Source: Setoptus koraiensis
Taxonomy: Eukaryota > Animalia > Arthropoda
DNA: 64,000 bases
Direction of reading: 5' to 3'
NCBI GenBank assembly: GCA_048013815.1
Contig: CM106585.1
Span: 3,596,001 to 3,660,000 of the forward strand
Shown here: positions 1-12,811 of the stretch, piece by piece
How the letters are laid out: every line of letters begins with the position of its first letter
How positions within the stretch are numbered: position 1 is the stretch's first letter
Notes under the pieces: generated by a model
Database searches by the model: none
Told to the model about the DNA's origin: nothing
What the model saw: only the letters and a program-made list of their open reading frames with translations
Program-made: the position numbers and the translations under genes

Positions 1-3000
1 AATATACATATACCCACGGTATACCCAGGGCCCAGTACTTGTTACTGACAAGTTCCGGGCATGGCAAGTGTATCGTAAGTACACACTATGCCAGCCCAGC
101 AATATTCACACGAATTCTGCTGGATCAATCTGGATCAGTGGTCTCATTATTGGGCCCGTTGTGGATATCCGTGAATATCCAGTGATACGTCGATTATGAG
201 ATAAAACCAACTCATGTCATCGACCAAAAGTTTTTTCTCTGCGGGTTGCATCTGTGCATTGTGTTGGTAAATAAACGCATTTGCACTGTGTTCAATGAGC
301 GTATCCATAGATAAATATGTAATATGAGCACCGTGTTCATCCGGTGTATGCGCTAATTGTGAACATTTGCTGATCATATGGAGCTACTGTCACTCTAAAA
401 CACATTAGTACACGTTATATACGATCGTATAAATAAACAAGTTGCATCAAAACTCTTGGCGAGTTAACATTTTGTTAGCTGAACTGCATGTGTTAACACC
501 GTGGATATCCACCGATAATTCCATTTGTATTTAGTCTGAATATGGATCATCCATAATGGATGCTCCGAATTGGATATCCGCGCGCTTCTATCTATCTTGC
601 AATTTGCAAGCAGCAGTACAGGGCAATGTAGCGCCGGTTGGTGAAAAAGCAGCGAAACGAACAAGCGTTATGTGCAGCCTCTTTTTCGTTTGTTTCGTTT
701 GGTTTTTGTTTGTTGAGCGAGCAAAAATAGTATAAATGAACAGCGTCCGACACGAGACCGATTGTTGGGCAAACAGGCCAAAAGAATGGATTAGAAGGGT
801 ATTAAAAGTGGCTCACAACATTCTCTGGCAGCGTAACAAATCGACATGTGTTTTATTTATTACATAATGTTATGTATCATCCATCGTGTGTGTGTGTGTG
901 TATCATTTCAGGTAACATGCTATCTGCGCACTTTGGGTAACTGGTTGGCGATGACCCCAATCTAAAAACAACAGCATAAATCTTGTTAATCTAGCGCCAG
1001 TTGGCACAGTTCACACTTACGCTGGTGCACTCACACTGGCACTGGCATTCATAGAGGCGAATAGTTAGCAGTGATGTAACATGAAATATATATTCTCATT
1101 GTGGGCTGACACTGTCAGGTCAACCTGAATGTTCAATCTGAATGTGTGAATCTAGATAAGCGACCATTAGATGTGCTCGCGATTGGCGAGACAAAGAGCG
1201 CAGAGAGAGAGACAAAAGCAGCCAGCGAGAGTTTTATACATGTGTGAGAGGGAGCCACTGTGACAAAAAGAGAATGGGCCAGATATCAAGATGAGATAAG
1301 ATTATTATAATTTGAACCTTATCTCGTCTTACACACGCACAGGCACACGATGCAAGCGCGAACAAACAGGTGAACTTGCTATTTATAACGGTAAGTCACT
1401 ATATAATATGTTATGATAAATGGGGCCACATACACAATTGTGCAGGTATATGTAGGCATGTAAGTGTGTGTGTGTTTTTGGAGTCACTCTCTATGCAAAT
1501 GAAGCTCGAGCTATAAAATGAAAAGTTGCAATGTCGCCTCGAGAGAGCTAAGCACTCACACAGCCTGACTGCGACAGCCAGACAACAGTTACAACTTGTC
1601 AGATTAGCTATACTTATACACAATTTCCGTCTTCAAAGTATCGGTGCAATTCCTTTGGGTTGCGATCGGTCCACTTATCAGGCGGCTCACATCAGCACCA
1701 AAGAAAACCTGTTATAGTGCTACGCTGCTAGAGAACCTACATTTGTATTCAGCACATCACAACATTATCACGTGTGAGATATGTCTCATTTTGCCAATAT
1801 TCTCTCACAAGTGACACAGATAAAATTAGTCAAATTACGAAGCCCAAATTTGTGTGTCATAGGCGCCAGGCAATTGGACAATTTAGGCCCTATTGGCAGG
1901 TGAATTTTTTGCAACGCTTTCAATGATGAAAATTTAAAAGCAGCGAAAAACAGCAACTGTCTGTGTCGTGTCGTTTTTGGCCATGTTATGCAGTCGATTG
2001 ATTAGACCGGGCTACTCCTAAATTTGATAAATTAACAGTGATTACAGTGTAAATTAATAAAAGCTACTTTTGGCCACTTTGGGCTCGGGCTTTCAATATT
2101 TTTGAGCTGGTGATTTTAAGCAAAATGGACCTTTTTGACGATTTTGGCCCTTATAATAAATAATGTTGAACTATTCACACCTATCACAGAAAACAGATAT
2201 CTGGTTCGATGGGTGCCGTTCGACAGTTGCGCCACTGGGCACTCTGCCGTATTAATAAATCGTATGCAAATGGGCAAACACAGGTGAAACGATTGATTGA
2301 GTGGCCAGCTCACAAGCTGACACACTCACAGGTATGCCGACCACAGGCCGTGATATGATCAAATAAAGCACGACAAGCAGCTATAAATACGAGTTGTTAC
2401 AGTTGTTCAAAGTTGCAGTGAAATGAGAGCATTTCATTTAAATGGCGCTAGGCGCCACATGATGCCACTAACGACACCGGCGACAGTGACCGTTCGCGTG
2501 ACTTATGACCCGCTCTCTGGCTGCCATTGCATCACACTTTATCAGTTCAATCTAACGTACAGTGGTAACACGTAGATGCAATCAATTGAGCTGCGCTCAT
2601 CACGCCGATAATGATGCCTCCTTGTCCTGTCCACGGCTCCCCTAGTGGCCAAAAGTTGATCCATTTTGTACACACACAATTGCATGAATAAATGAATACG
2701 ATGCCAACTGTAACAACTGTAACAACTGGAGAGTTTTTTGCTTGGCAAAACAGTTTGCCAGTGCCAAAAACAGCAGATCAAATGAATTACACTTGTCTCT
2801 TGCTCTTGCAACTTGTGCTTGCGCATCTCTCCATGGTGTGGCGCCCAATATTTTGTATGTACCGTATTAACCCTGTTTCCGTTGGAGCCGGCAAGCTGGC
2901 GCACACAATCATGGCAAGCATGACAGTTAGGCACTGTTGGTTACGTAACACTGATAACATTTGTTTTTGCGCTAAACAGCGTGCACTGGCCACTTACAAG

Positions 3001-4684
3001 TTGTCGCTGGCAGCAAGCAAGCAAGCACAGAGTGAGCGCTGGTCATCACTTGTCGTTGTTGTTTCACTGGCGCTGTCACTACTGTCACTGCTGTCAGCTG
3101 GCACAATAAGTCACACTGTCAACCTGCACACAGCTGATGATTATTACCTGGTGGCCATGCGGCTAACTTGCGCCCAGGGGGGCGGGGGCGTGTTCGAACG
3201 CAATGACCATTAGGGCCACTGTCCACTACACACACAGGCTGCGTGAACATTGTGTAGGGGGCGCGACGTACAGGGGGCAACCATGTGAGGCGCACCGCAA
3301 TTCATATCGAGTTTGTTGGGCACAACAGCGACATTTCCGGACGTTCTCTATGTTGGTTTGGTTTTTCATGTTTCGGGGCGCAAATTTCGACAATTGGACA
3401 ATTCCGAAACGAACAAAACGCTACACCAATAGGCCAAAATGATGTTTGCACGCTCTGGGCGCCACTTTGCGCCGACCGAATCATTGATGATGGCGCAAAT
3501 TGTTGGCTGGCAGTCACAAACTGACCAGCGCACACAATTCGGCCAACTGCAGCGAATGCCAGCAGTGGACAGTTGCGGTGATTAGGCAACACGCAGCAAA
3601 CCCGCGCAAATGATAATAATGACGCACCAACAATACAATTGAAAAGAGATTAACAATAATTATCGGCTGATTGCGCAATATGTTGCTGTCGTGCGTGTGT
3701 GTGTGTGTGTCAGCCAACTGCTGTTATGTTGCGCCAATGCGATAATGGATATAATAAAATAATAATAAAAATAAAATATAATATTGGTTCAGGTCACTCA
3801 GTGTGTGAGAACAGTGTGTCATTTTTGTGTGTGTGTGTCACATGTTTGTCGCACAATCATGTCACGTCACGTCATGTTACGTCACATCACATCACGCCAC
3901 GTTGTGTGCCACTGGCCAGTGCGCTGGCGGGCGCCACAAACTGACCCGCCGCAAACTGTCATGACTCATGACGCTTGGCAGGTCAATCAGCTGACTTGCG
4001 TGATTGTCATTGACATTGTGTAACAAGCGCTGTTGTTGTACAATTACTCAGGTGAGTGCGCGCGTGCCGATAAATGGCATACGACGAGCATTACACGAAA
4101 AGGGCGCATACATAGTGTGACAGAGCGGTCCTATTCGCGCTGGACACAACAAGACTTATGTCATAAGTCACACACACACACACAGCCAGTGACAGATGCA
4201 CAGTATCTCTCTCGTTGCGATATTTGCTCTTTGCCGTGTGTGTGTGTGTGTGTGTCGTCGGCTTGACGTTATTAAATTGGAATGGTCAGTGCAAAGTGCA
4301 ATCAAAAGAGACGCCACCAAGGCCAAAGTGACGCGCGTCACCTGTGCAGTGTGTGTTGCAGCGAGCGAGGTGACCATGACTAACAACCTGCGAGCTGGCC
4401 CAACACAAGCTCGCCATTTTAGCCGGCCGGCCGGCCAGCTAAACGAACGACAGGTAGCGCTAGCTGCGCGCGGCTGTGGCCTGAATTGAATGTGGCTCAA
4501 ATTGAGCGCGCCGGCCACGGATAATTGAATCATGATGCGGAATGGGGGCGCCACACAACAAAGAGAAATTGTCTCCATTTTGGGTTTGTGTGTGGCTTCG
4601 GCCAGTCGCTTGTCACCCGCGACACACACCAATAGTGTGACAGTGTCATCAGCAATCACACAATTTCTTGTGTTTGTCGCCAGG

Positions 4685-4742
4685 TAGTTTCAGTTACGCA
4701 ACTGGCTGGCTGGCTGACCAGCCAGTTGCGTAACTGAAGTTA
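4685..4742. repeat. Near-perfect palindrome/hairpin (21-bp perfect stem, 8-nt loop) carrying two inverted GTTACGCAAC sites
   Basis: TTCAGTTACGCAACTGGCTGG (4689-4709) is the exact reverse complement of CCAGCCAGTTGCGTAACTGAA (4718-4738). The stem extends by two G:U and two Watson-Crick pairs. Confidence 0.9.
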
Positions 4743-5524
4743 GCCAGCAACTAGATGATTGCGAGTTGCAGCTGCGACAACGCTCTCAATCATCATCCGA
4801 ATATACGCATTGCGTATTACGCAACTAGGCAAATCTATGTCGGTGTGTGTGTGTGTGTGTGTGTGCGGTCACTTAGACCACCCACTCACGGGAGGATTTA
4901 CACGCACACGCACACACACACAAGCTCGCTGAAGTGACGGTGGTGTGGACACACTTTTTTGTGTGTCCGCGCACTGCCTGTTTGTGGCACACAAAACAGA
5001 CACACACAACAAAAATATAACTAGCAACGGCCAGATTGGCAGCAAGTGCCGACACGAGAACAGGTGAGTGATGAACGGCGCACAATGATTGCGTAACAGT
5101 CACACAGATACACAACAACAATGCTGCCCGCTATAGGCTGCAACTCAGTCACTGGTCGCTGGTGACACGCGCTGCGCGTGCCTAGCGCATAACTAGCTCA
5201 CCTGGCTGCATATTTCGCGCCGGTAACTAGCTTGATAACCACCGGCAGCAACAACAACAATGAAAACATAACTAGCGGCCACTCATAATCAACTCATTGC
5301 CAACAACAGAGGCCAGCGGCTCGTCGAAAAGCTCCAAGCGGACACAATGTGCGCCTTTCGGCCTGACCGCACCGGCACACGACTGGCGAGTGGCGAGCAC
5401 ACCTAGATACATCCGATAAAGATACTCGCACCGTTGGCTACACCCGCCCTCTATGCGGTTGTTGCTGGCGTCGTGGTCGTCGTCGTGGTCGTCGTTGTTG
5501 CTGTTGTTGCTGCTGCCGTTGCCG

Positions 5525-5561
<37 letters not shown>

Positions 5562-5687
5562 CGCTGCTGTTGCAGTTCTCTAGTGGCTATTTAGCATGTT
5601 TAGCTTGTCACTGTGTCTGCTCGGCTCATGGTGCCGTTACCTGGCTCGTTATTGCGTAACTGCATGTTGGCCGCCGTTGAGTAAACA

Positions 5688-5736
<49 letters not shown>

Positions 5737-6904
5737 AGCGCTCTTATGAGTTAGCGACAAGACAAGCCCAGTAATAACAATAAAATAGAAATGATACCGA
5801 TAGGCCCCCGTAACACAATTGTAACGGATAATTGTGTGTGTGTGTGTCGCTCGCCAGCCCGCCTCTACCGACCAAAGACGGTAGCACAAACCCCCAACCA
5901 ACAATGTAGCCACGTCTTGATGGTGGAGCCACGGGGATCCCCGTAGCGCACTATATGTGTGTGCGCTGCCCAACTGTTGTCATGTAACATATAACAACAA
6001 CTAATGTCTAATGGTGTCTCTCACCTGGCCAAGGTGAGCTCCACGCAGCACGCGCAAACAGACGGATGGGAGAAAATGAACATTGATGAGAGCTATAGGC
6101 TGTGGCCTGGCCCGGCTTTGCAACAATATCTTGCCTTTATGGCTGCGCCAATTGCTACACCAATCGCTACACCAACCAAGAGATGATATTGCTGTCGATA
6201 TTGCTGGCGAGCTCGGATGGCGCCCTTTATCGGCCACCTTGTCGGCCAGTAGTCGTTGCAAAAATTTATCCAAACCGATGGAGCGGTCAGCAAAAAAAAA
6301 AAAAAAAATAAACGAAGGCACACAAAAACACGGCCAAATCAGCAGCAGACAGCGCGCCAATTTGGCCACTTGAGGCCCCGTTGTTGTTGCCGTTGTTTGT
6401 ATTGTGCACTGGTTTGCACTGGCCAGTCGCACGCCAAACAAATTGGCCAGTCACTGGTGACCAGTTGTGGCAAGCTAGTTCTCGACAATTTAAGTGTCCA
6501 TTGCAAGGCATCTCGTTTGACCAGCACAACACTTCTCGTTGGCCTCTTTTGCGAGCGCCCTCTCTCTATTTAGCGCACTTATTGCCCGCTGCTGCCCATC
6601 GATTCGTTTCCTTGTATCTAACATTGCCAAATAGAGATTCCCTTTGAGCCATCTCCGGCTCGATAGCCACCAGCCTGGCATCGCGTGATTGCCTGAGTCA
6701 TGTTACTGCGCTCAGTCGTCTATTGTATTCGCTGGCGTATTGTTGCCTTTTTATCCTGACTAATGTGTCGGCACAACATTTTTTTTTTTTTTTTAGCGCA
6801 TGGCCTCTAGCAGAGACTCGTAACAAGAGGCCAGCGAAATCATCGCCTCATTGGGGGTCGCACAGGTTTTCCAGTCGGCAATTTTCACTCACAAGCAAAC
6901 CTGC

Positions 6905-7485
6905 CCAGGTGATACCCGCGCGGATCTCAAAACGATCGTATGCGGTGCATGAGAACTCGGGCCCCTTAACGCGAAAATGAGTGCGATTTTTCCCCGTTTT
7001 ATCTTTCGTACTCGAGATGTTTCCCGAAATTCAAATTGCAGTGAAGCTGCAATTGCAATGATACAATATTGCATGCAGCTTGCCAAGTGCGACTTTCACC
7101 CGAATGATATGAACTATCAAGTTTGAAACATGCAGCTTTTTCCCAATAAGTGGGACAAATTCTAGCTAAATAGAGAGAGCGCCCCATGCGCCTGCCAATC
7201 TGGGCATCTGGGGCGAGAAAAAGAGCACAAGAAATGCGAAATATGAGACGTTTCTCACTTGTTAGTCGGGATCATTCGACCACATTCATTTGGAAAGCAT
7301 TTTTCATGGGTTTGACACATCAATTTGATATGAGACAGTTTGAATTTTGGGAGACGTCTCGAGAATGAGAGGTACAACGGGCAAAAACGACACTTTTGCG
7401 CGTAGAGAGGCCAAAGTCAAGAAAAAAAAAAGAGTCGCATTCACTGCAAACACTCGGCCTGAGACATGAGACTGGGGGTGCCTGC
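6905..7485. mobile_element. Degenerate foldback/MITE-like element with long inverted arms
   Basis: TCGTACTCGAGATGTTTCCCGAAATTCAAATTG (~7007-7039) matches the reverse complement of CAGTTTGAATTTTGGGAGACGTCTCGAGAATGA (~7337-7369) at 27/33. Similarity continues outward (TTTTTCCCCGTT vs AACGGGCAAAAA) and inward (CGAATGAT..ACTA.CAAGT..GAAAC vs ~7245-7280). No TSD identified and the ends are approximate. Confidence 0.6.
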
Positions 7486-7902
7486 AGCGAAGAGTTGTCT
7501 GTCAGGTGTGTGAGAGTTGTTTAGACAAAAATGCGATCTGGCAGAAACATTCAAGTGCCTCAGCCGAAAATAATGATTAATAGCAATCAATTATTTTGGG
7601 CTCGACTTCATCGGCACAAAGCTGAATGATGTAAGTTATTATAAAAGCCGCTGTGTCACGAAGGTGCCAGGCAACGGATAAAAGGGTTTAAAAAGGCGGA
7701 AAAAGTTTGAGTTTCATCTCATTAACAAGTGTCTAGCGAGTGTCTAGCCAATGTCTAGCGAGCGTCACCAATAGGTGTCAGTATAGGTGTTAGTGAGGCG
7801 TTTATTTTCGTGTGTGGCCCATCATCGTTGTACTGTACATTGTCATTACATGATAAAAATGGTGTGTGTGTGTGTGCGATATGAGAATATTAGAGCAAGC
7901 AG

Positions 7903-8206
7903 TAGTGATGGGCGAGCTAGAAAACCGTTGCTCCCCGATTTGCTCCCTCCTCCCGCCTGGGAGCGGCCCTCCCGGGCCCCCTAGCTCCCCCTAGCACTAC
8001 CTTTCGCTGTAGTAGTTCAAGAAAGGAACGCAAGGGGCGCTCTGAAAATGCCCCTCGCGTCTCTCTCTTGAACTACGTCCAGATCGGGCACGGGGAGCAA
8101 CACGGGGAGGGCTGCTCCCTCCTCCCCGTGGGGAGCTACAGCTCCCGGGGCTTGCTCCCTGCTGCCGGCCAGGAGGAGGGAGCCCGCCCCCCTCCCCCCA
8201 TCACTA
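7903..8206. mobile_element. Non-autonomous hAT-superfamily MITE (304 bp)
   Basis: Perfect 10-bp TIRs TAGTGATGGG / CCCATCACTA flanked by a perfect 8-bp direct repeat GCAAGCAG (7895-7902 and 8207-8214). The GC-rich interior has many GCTCCC/GGGAGC subterminal motifs. An 8-bp TSD with short TAG-start TIRs is the established hAT signature. Confidence 0.85.
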
Positions 8207-11200
8207 GCAAGCAGAGAAATGTGTGTGATTCGTGGGTTTTGCGTGCGCCGTTGTGTGACCACAAATGGCGGTTGCACTTGTTATATCTCTTGTGATACGA
8301 TTACATAATGCCGAATTAAGTCATACCGTGTCACTTGCTTGGCTGACTTGCTCACTTGCTCCGACCGGCCCGACCCGCTTCCACCGGCCCGGCCCGCTTC
8401 CACTGGCCCCAGCTGGCCGCTCATTGCCGATGGGTGCCAGTCGGAGCCCGGCGGAGCCCGCTGGAGCCAGTTGAGTGCCAGTGGCGTGCCAACTGACGCA
8501 ACTTGAGCGTGCCAGTCAAATCAGAGCAATGCAAGTCATCATCATATTTGCGTGTGAAAAGAACTCACTGGATATCATATCGTCGATATGTATCAAGTGA
8601 GCGAGCAAGTAAGCGAAAAAGGCCAGACAAGGTATACAATTCTCGGCGCGTCTTACCAAATGTGACTGGCGTTACGTGTCCATTGCTGGCTGTTGCCGGC
8701 ATTCGGAAACAATCCAGCCAAGAATAGAGAGATAGAGGGAGAGCAACATTGATTATACATTGCATTGAATGAGAGTGAAGATTGATCTGAGCGGCAACTC
8801 GATAAGTCGCTTGCTCACATCAGCTGATTTATGGATTGCGAGTTGCGGATTGCGCGAGCTGCGGATTGCGAGTTATGGATTGCGTTATGGGCCACGCTTG
8901 GCGGGGGCCGCCCAGACAGACAGACAGACAAGATATAAATCTGGCAGTCGGTGGGCATTATGCGTTGCCGAACAACATTGTAAAAATAAGTGAGAGCGAG
9001 CCAGAGTGAGAGAGAGAGCGAGCCAGAGTGAGAGTGAGAGTGAGAGTGAGAGAAAGGACATAAATACAAAAGTACAAAAGCAGTGAGAGAATTAGAGAGT
9101 TACATAACTGATAACAGGCCCCCGACAAAGAGCAACAAAGATATTCAAATGAGACACACGTACATATCGCGCGAATATGTGTGTGATTTATTGTTCTTAT
9201 CAATCAAAAAGAAAAGTAAAACGAAGAGAACGTTGAAATGATGCTGACGCCCGCACGCCTCCACCGACACCGCCGACAGCCCAGTCGAAACTCTATCGAC
9301 ACCTACACCTGGCGCATCGCTATTGATAACGGTATTGGACCTAACGATCTTTATCGCTAGGTGCGCCCCTCTTATCCAATGCGCACTCGTGTGTGTGCGA
9401 TATGAGATTTAACATGCGCTGGCATCTCTGGCCGGCGCAAAGTGGCTCTAATAGTGATACTCTAATAGTGTAATGCTCTAATACGCTATTGGGCCGCCGC
9501 CGCCGCCGCCGTCGCCGGGTGAAGAAAAATTACCACATCAACACTTTCCGCAAGCTCGCCAAGCGCAGCTCGCCAAGCGCAGCTTGCCGAACGGAGCTTA
9601 AGTATGTAAGTATGACTAGCGATGCGCTATGTGATGTGGCCCAATAATGACAACAATAATATATACGTACGTTACGCAAGGGCGCCAATCGACACTTATT
9701 CATGTGGTGGTCGTTAAGAGCTAGACGCCAGACACGCGTTACGCAATCACCGCAACTCACAATGTGTTAACGTACAAGATATGCGACTTAAAGATAAGAA
9801 GACCAACCAAAGAGAAGCCAACCGGGCAACAGTAACAATAATGCCAACCGCTTTATCCGCCAACAGTCTAGCCAGCGCCGCACGCTATTCACTCCAGTCG
9901 AGCTAGCCAACCGATACAACCGACCGATAGACGGCTTTTGAATTAACGGGCCAGCGCCTAGCGTCGGATCGACGCTCTAATTAGCTTGTGGCCACAGACT
10001 TTATTTTGTGCTGTCGCAACTCGCCTCAGCTCGCCTCAATTCGCCCCCACTCGCCTCAAGTCACCTTAATTCGCTCTAATAGGCGCCAATAATACCCAAG
10101 CCGGTAATACCCGGTCTGTGACCGGGCGCATACACCGGAGCCGAGATACACAGATCGCATCGGTTGGATGGCTGCTATTAGGTAGAGGGCGCATATTGCA
10201 CAATGGCGCAATGCACTTGTTTATTTGTGGCAATGTCGCCAGTTAGTTCTGGTGTTTGTACCACTTTTTATATATTATATTTTATATATTATATATAATA
10301 TATAAGCCCATTATTATTCTTGTCGAGATATCACTTTGCGGCGGGCAGCCAATATAAACACAGTGGCCAGTAGTTATCACTATATTTGGTCTTGTTTGTG
10401 ACACAAACACTGCCCGTTGCTCTCGGCGGCCTTTGCACCGTGTGATCCGGAAACTCGCTCTCTTTCGCTCTCTCTCTCTCGCTCTCAGATTAGGTTAGTT
10501 GGCTGGATATTTGAAGCACTTGCCACTAGCGGCCACTCGCTTGCCGGCACTCGCTTGCCAGCACTGGATACTGGACTCCGGTGGTAACCAGACTCTGCCA
10601 CAGTAACCAGAGGCCGCGTACAGGTGATGTACACGCAACGACACCATTGCAAACACGACGCACTCTGTTGGCTTGTTTGCCCACCGCAGCCGCTTACGTG
10701 ATATATGCTACCTAAGCCGGCCCGTTCGTGTGCTATATGGGCCATCCTCGTCCCTCATAAGCGTGCCACATATAAGTCAGCCAGACAGCGCTAGCTGCTT
10801 TTCGGCTGCCATGGTGATAATGAGATTATTAAATCACATCACGCCGGCTAAACTCTCGAGCGCAACGCGCTCAAGCCGCCACAAACAAACTAAGCCTGAT
10901 TTGTTTTCGCCACTGGCTGGCTCATTGGCTGGTCGTCTAGCCAACTGGCTGGTGGGCCGGCTGGCCATTGGCGATAGTTATATGGTGGTGTTTTTATTGT
11001 TTTGCCACAACTCTGGCTGTGCGCGTCGGTTGGCGATATTATCGGCGCTCGAGTGGGGCCCCCAATTTAGCTTTGGCTTGGATGGGCTCGGCCGCCTCTC
11101 GGCCATCAAACTAACTCGATTTACAATGGGCACACATATACGTGGCATGCACATGGCCAGTTTAAAGCTGTCTCGCTTGCCTATCCGCTCCGCTTGGCCA

Positions 11201-12754
11201 ATCTCAATGCCCGCTATAAACAAAACAAAACAATTCTCTGGCTGGCGACAATCACAACTGACAAATATAGTCACGCAATATAGATCATAGATTGAGTTTA
11301 AACTCGTGAGATAAATACAACACACACACTGGCCAATCGGGGCGATCATGTGAGCGAGCAACCATTCGCGCCATTGTATCTATCGCAAAATAAAATCAAC
11401 TAAAATCTTTGTAATAAATTCAACGGCGCAACGAAATCACTTTCATGTTTGCACTCTAAATCAAACCGAGCGCCAAGCTCATTTACTAATACTATTAATA
11501 ATGACCATTGCCAGCCATCGCCACAATTGTGGCCCATCTATGACCGGCCAACAATTGTGAATGTGGCCCCCGCTGGCCAAAGCTGCGCGCTCGCATTTGT
11601 GGGCCGCCTTGCCAACTTGCTACACTTTTTGTATCATGTGTGTGTGTATACAAGCGGTCAGTGGGGCCCAGACAGTGCAAGAAATAATTCTTTGGCTCTT
11701 TGTTTGTCGCACATGATCTATTTGAGTCACGCACAACAAACAACACACAACAAATTAGATTTTGTGCCACAACCAGCCCCCTTGTTGCCCTCAAACCCAT
11801 TGCCAACCTGCCTGGGCAGGCTCGTGTGCTCTATGATCATTGGCCCGGCTGACGATCACTACGTGTAATCAGTGTCGGACCCGCTAAGCTCAGGTGAGTG
11901 AGAGCAGCAGCGATTTGTTTGAACTCGTGTCGTCGAAATTTCGCCGTGCTTTAACTTTGTCGTTTGGGTTTGCGCGAGTGTGATTGCAACACAAAGCAAT
12001 TTTGTCGACTATTCATTGTGCTTCTCTAATTGAATTCGCCAGCCAAACAAATCAGAGCTGCGAAATGAATCAGCAAATTGAATTGAGTCGTAACCAAACG
12101 ACACGCCGTACAAGGGCACAAGGGGGATTTTTTGGGGGATCAAGTGAGCGTGTGCGTATCGCCATTATTTAATATTGACAGCCAGAGAACAGGTGAGAGC
12201 TTCACGATTGTCATGGTGCTAGAGGGCAAAAGCGCCACACCGGCCAGCAGCGCAAACACGGTCGCCGGTCGCCGGTCGCAACTGGCCAACTGGCTACAGC
12301 TAACGGGTATAAATTAAATAAAATGGGCTTATTATTGAGATTTAGTAAACCAAACGTTTGCACCCAAACGAGCCCAATGTTCAGCCTGCACTTGCTAGGT
12401 GGCGCCGACTAGCTTAGCGTTCTTGATGTCGGTACTGGCCGCCAGTGGCCCTCAGCCGCCCTGTTAGCTGGAGAGCCGCGTGTGGCATGAAGTGGGTATA
12501 CAAACTAATAACTGCTAACACACACACACACACACACACAGCTATAAATAAGCCGTAACCCGTTTGGCCCTCTGCTGGCTATCATTGTTAATATCGGTGT
12601 CATTGGCTCCATTTCTGGCGCCACTGTCAAATGGCGTGTGCATGCCAAATGTTGTTTATCGGCCAATTCACTATTCATAAGTTCACTAGGGGCGCCCCCT
12701 GGCCGCCTTAATTGGGCCCATTGTGTCGCGCAACGTGTTGGCCATTTGTCGCTA

Positions 12755-12811
12755 TGTGTCGCTATGGGTCGCTATGCGTCGCTATGTGTCGCCATTTGTC
12801 GCTATGTGTCG
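12755..12811. repeat. 10-bp tandem repeat (GTCGCTATGT-like), ~5-6 degenerate copies
   Basis: GTCGCTATGT GTCGCTATGG GTCGCTATGC GTCGCTATGT GTCGCCATTT GTCGCTATGT read directly. Confidence 0.85.

Noticed and set aside
147-664. Short minus-strand ORFs with moderately coding-like composition at the window start
   Set aside because: No recognisable domain, in-frame stops just upstream, and no consistent splice model.
1620-1715. Minus-strand frame VFFGADVSRL after an AACAG acceptor, superficially like the Argonaute PIWI motif (GADVTHP)
   Set aside because: It lacks THP and all other PIWI motifs, and the frame closes after ~34 codons.
2200-2220. GGTTCGAT T-loop-like motif
   Set aside because: No T-stem or cloverleaf can be formed; I found no tRNA or rRNA anywhere in the window.
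2692-3213. 173-aa ORF and overlapping ORFs
   Set aside because: No family motifs; typical of this stop-poor repetitive intergenic DNA.
10673-11290. 205-codon ORF with a TTG start
   Set aside because: Non-ATG start is not expected in a eukaryote, and there is no domain or splice support.
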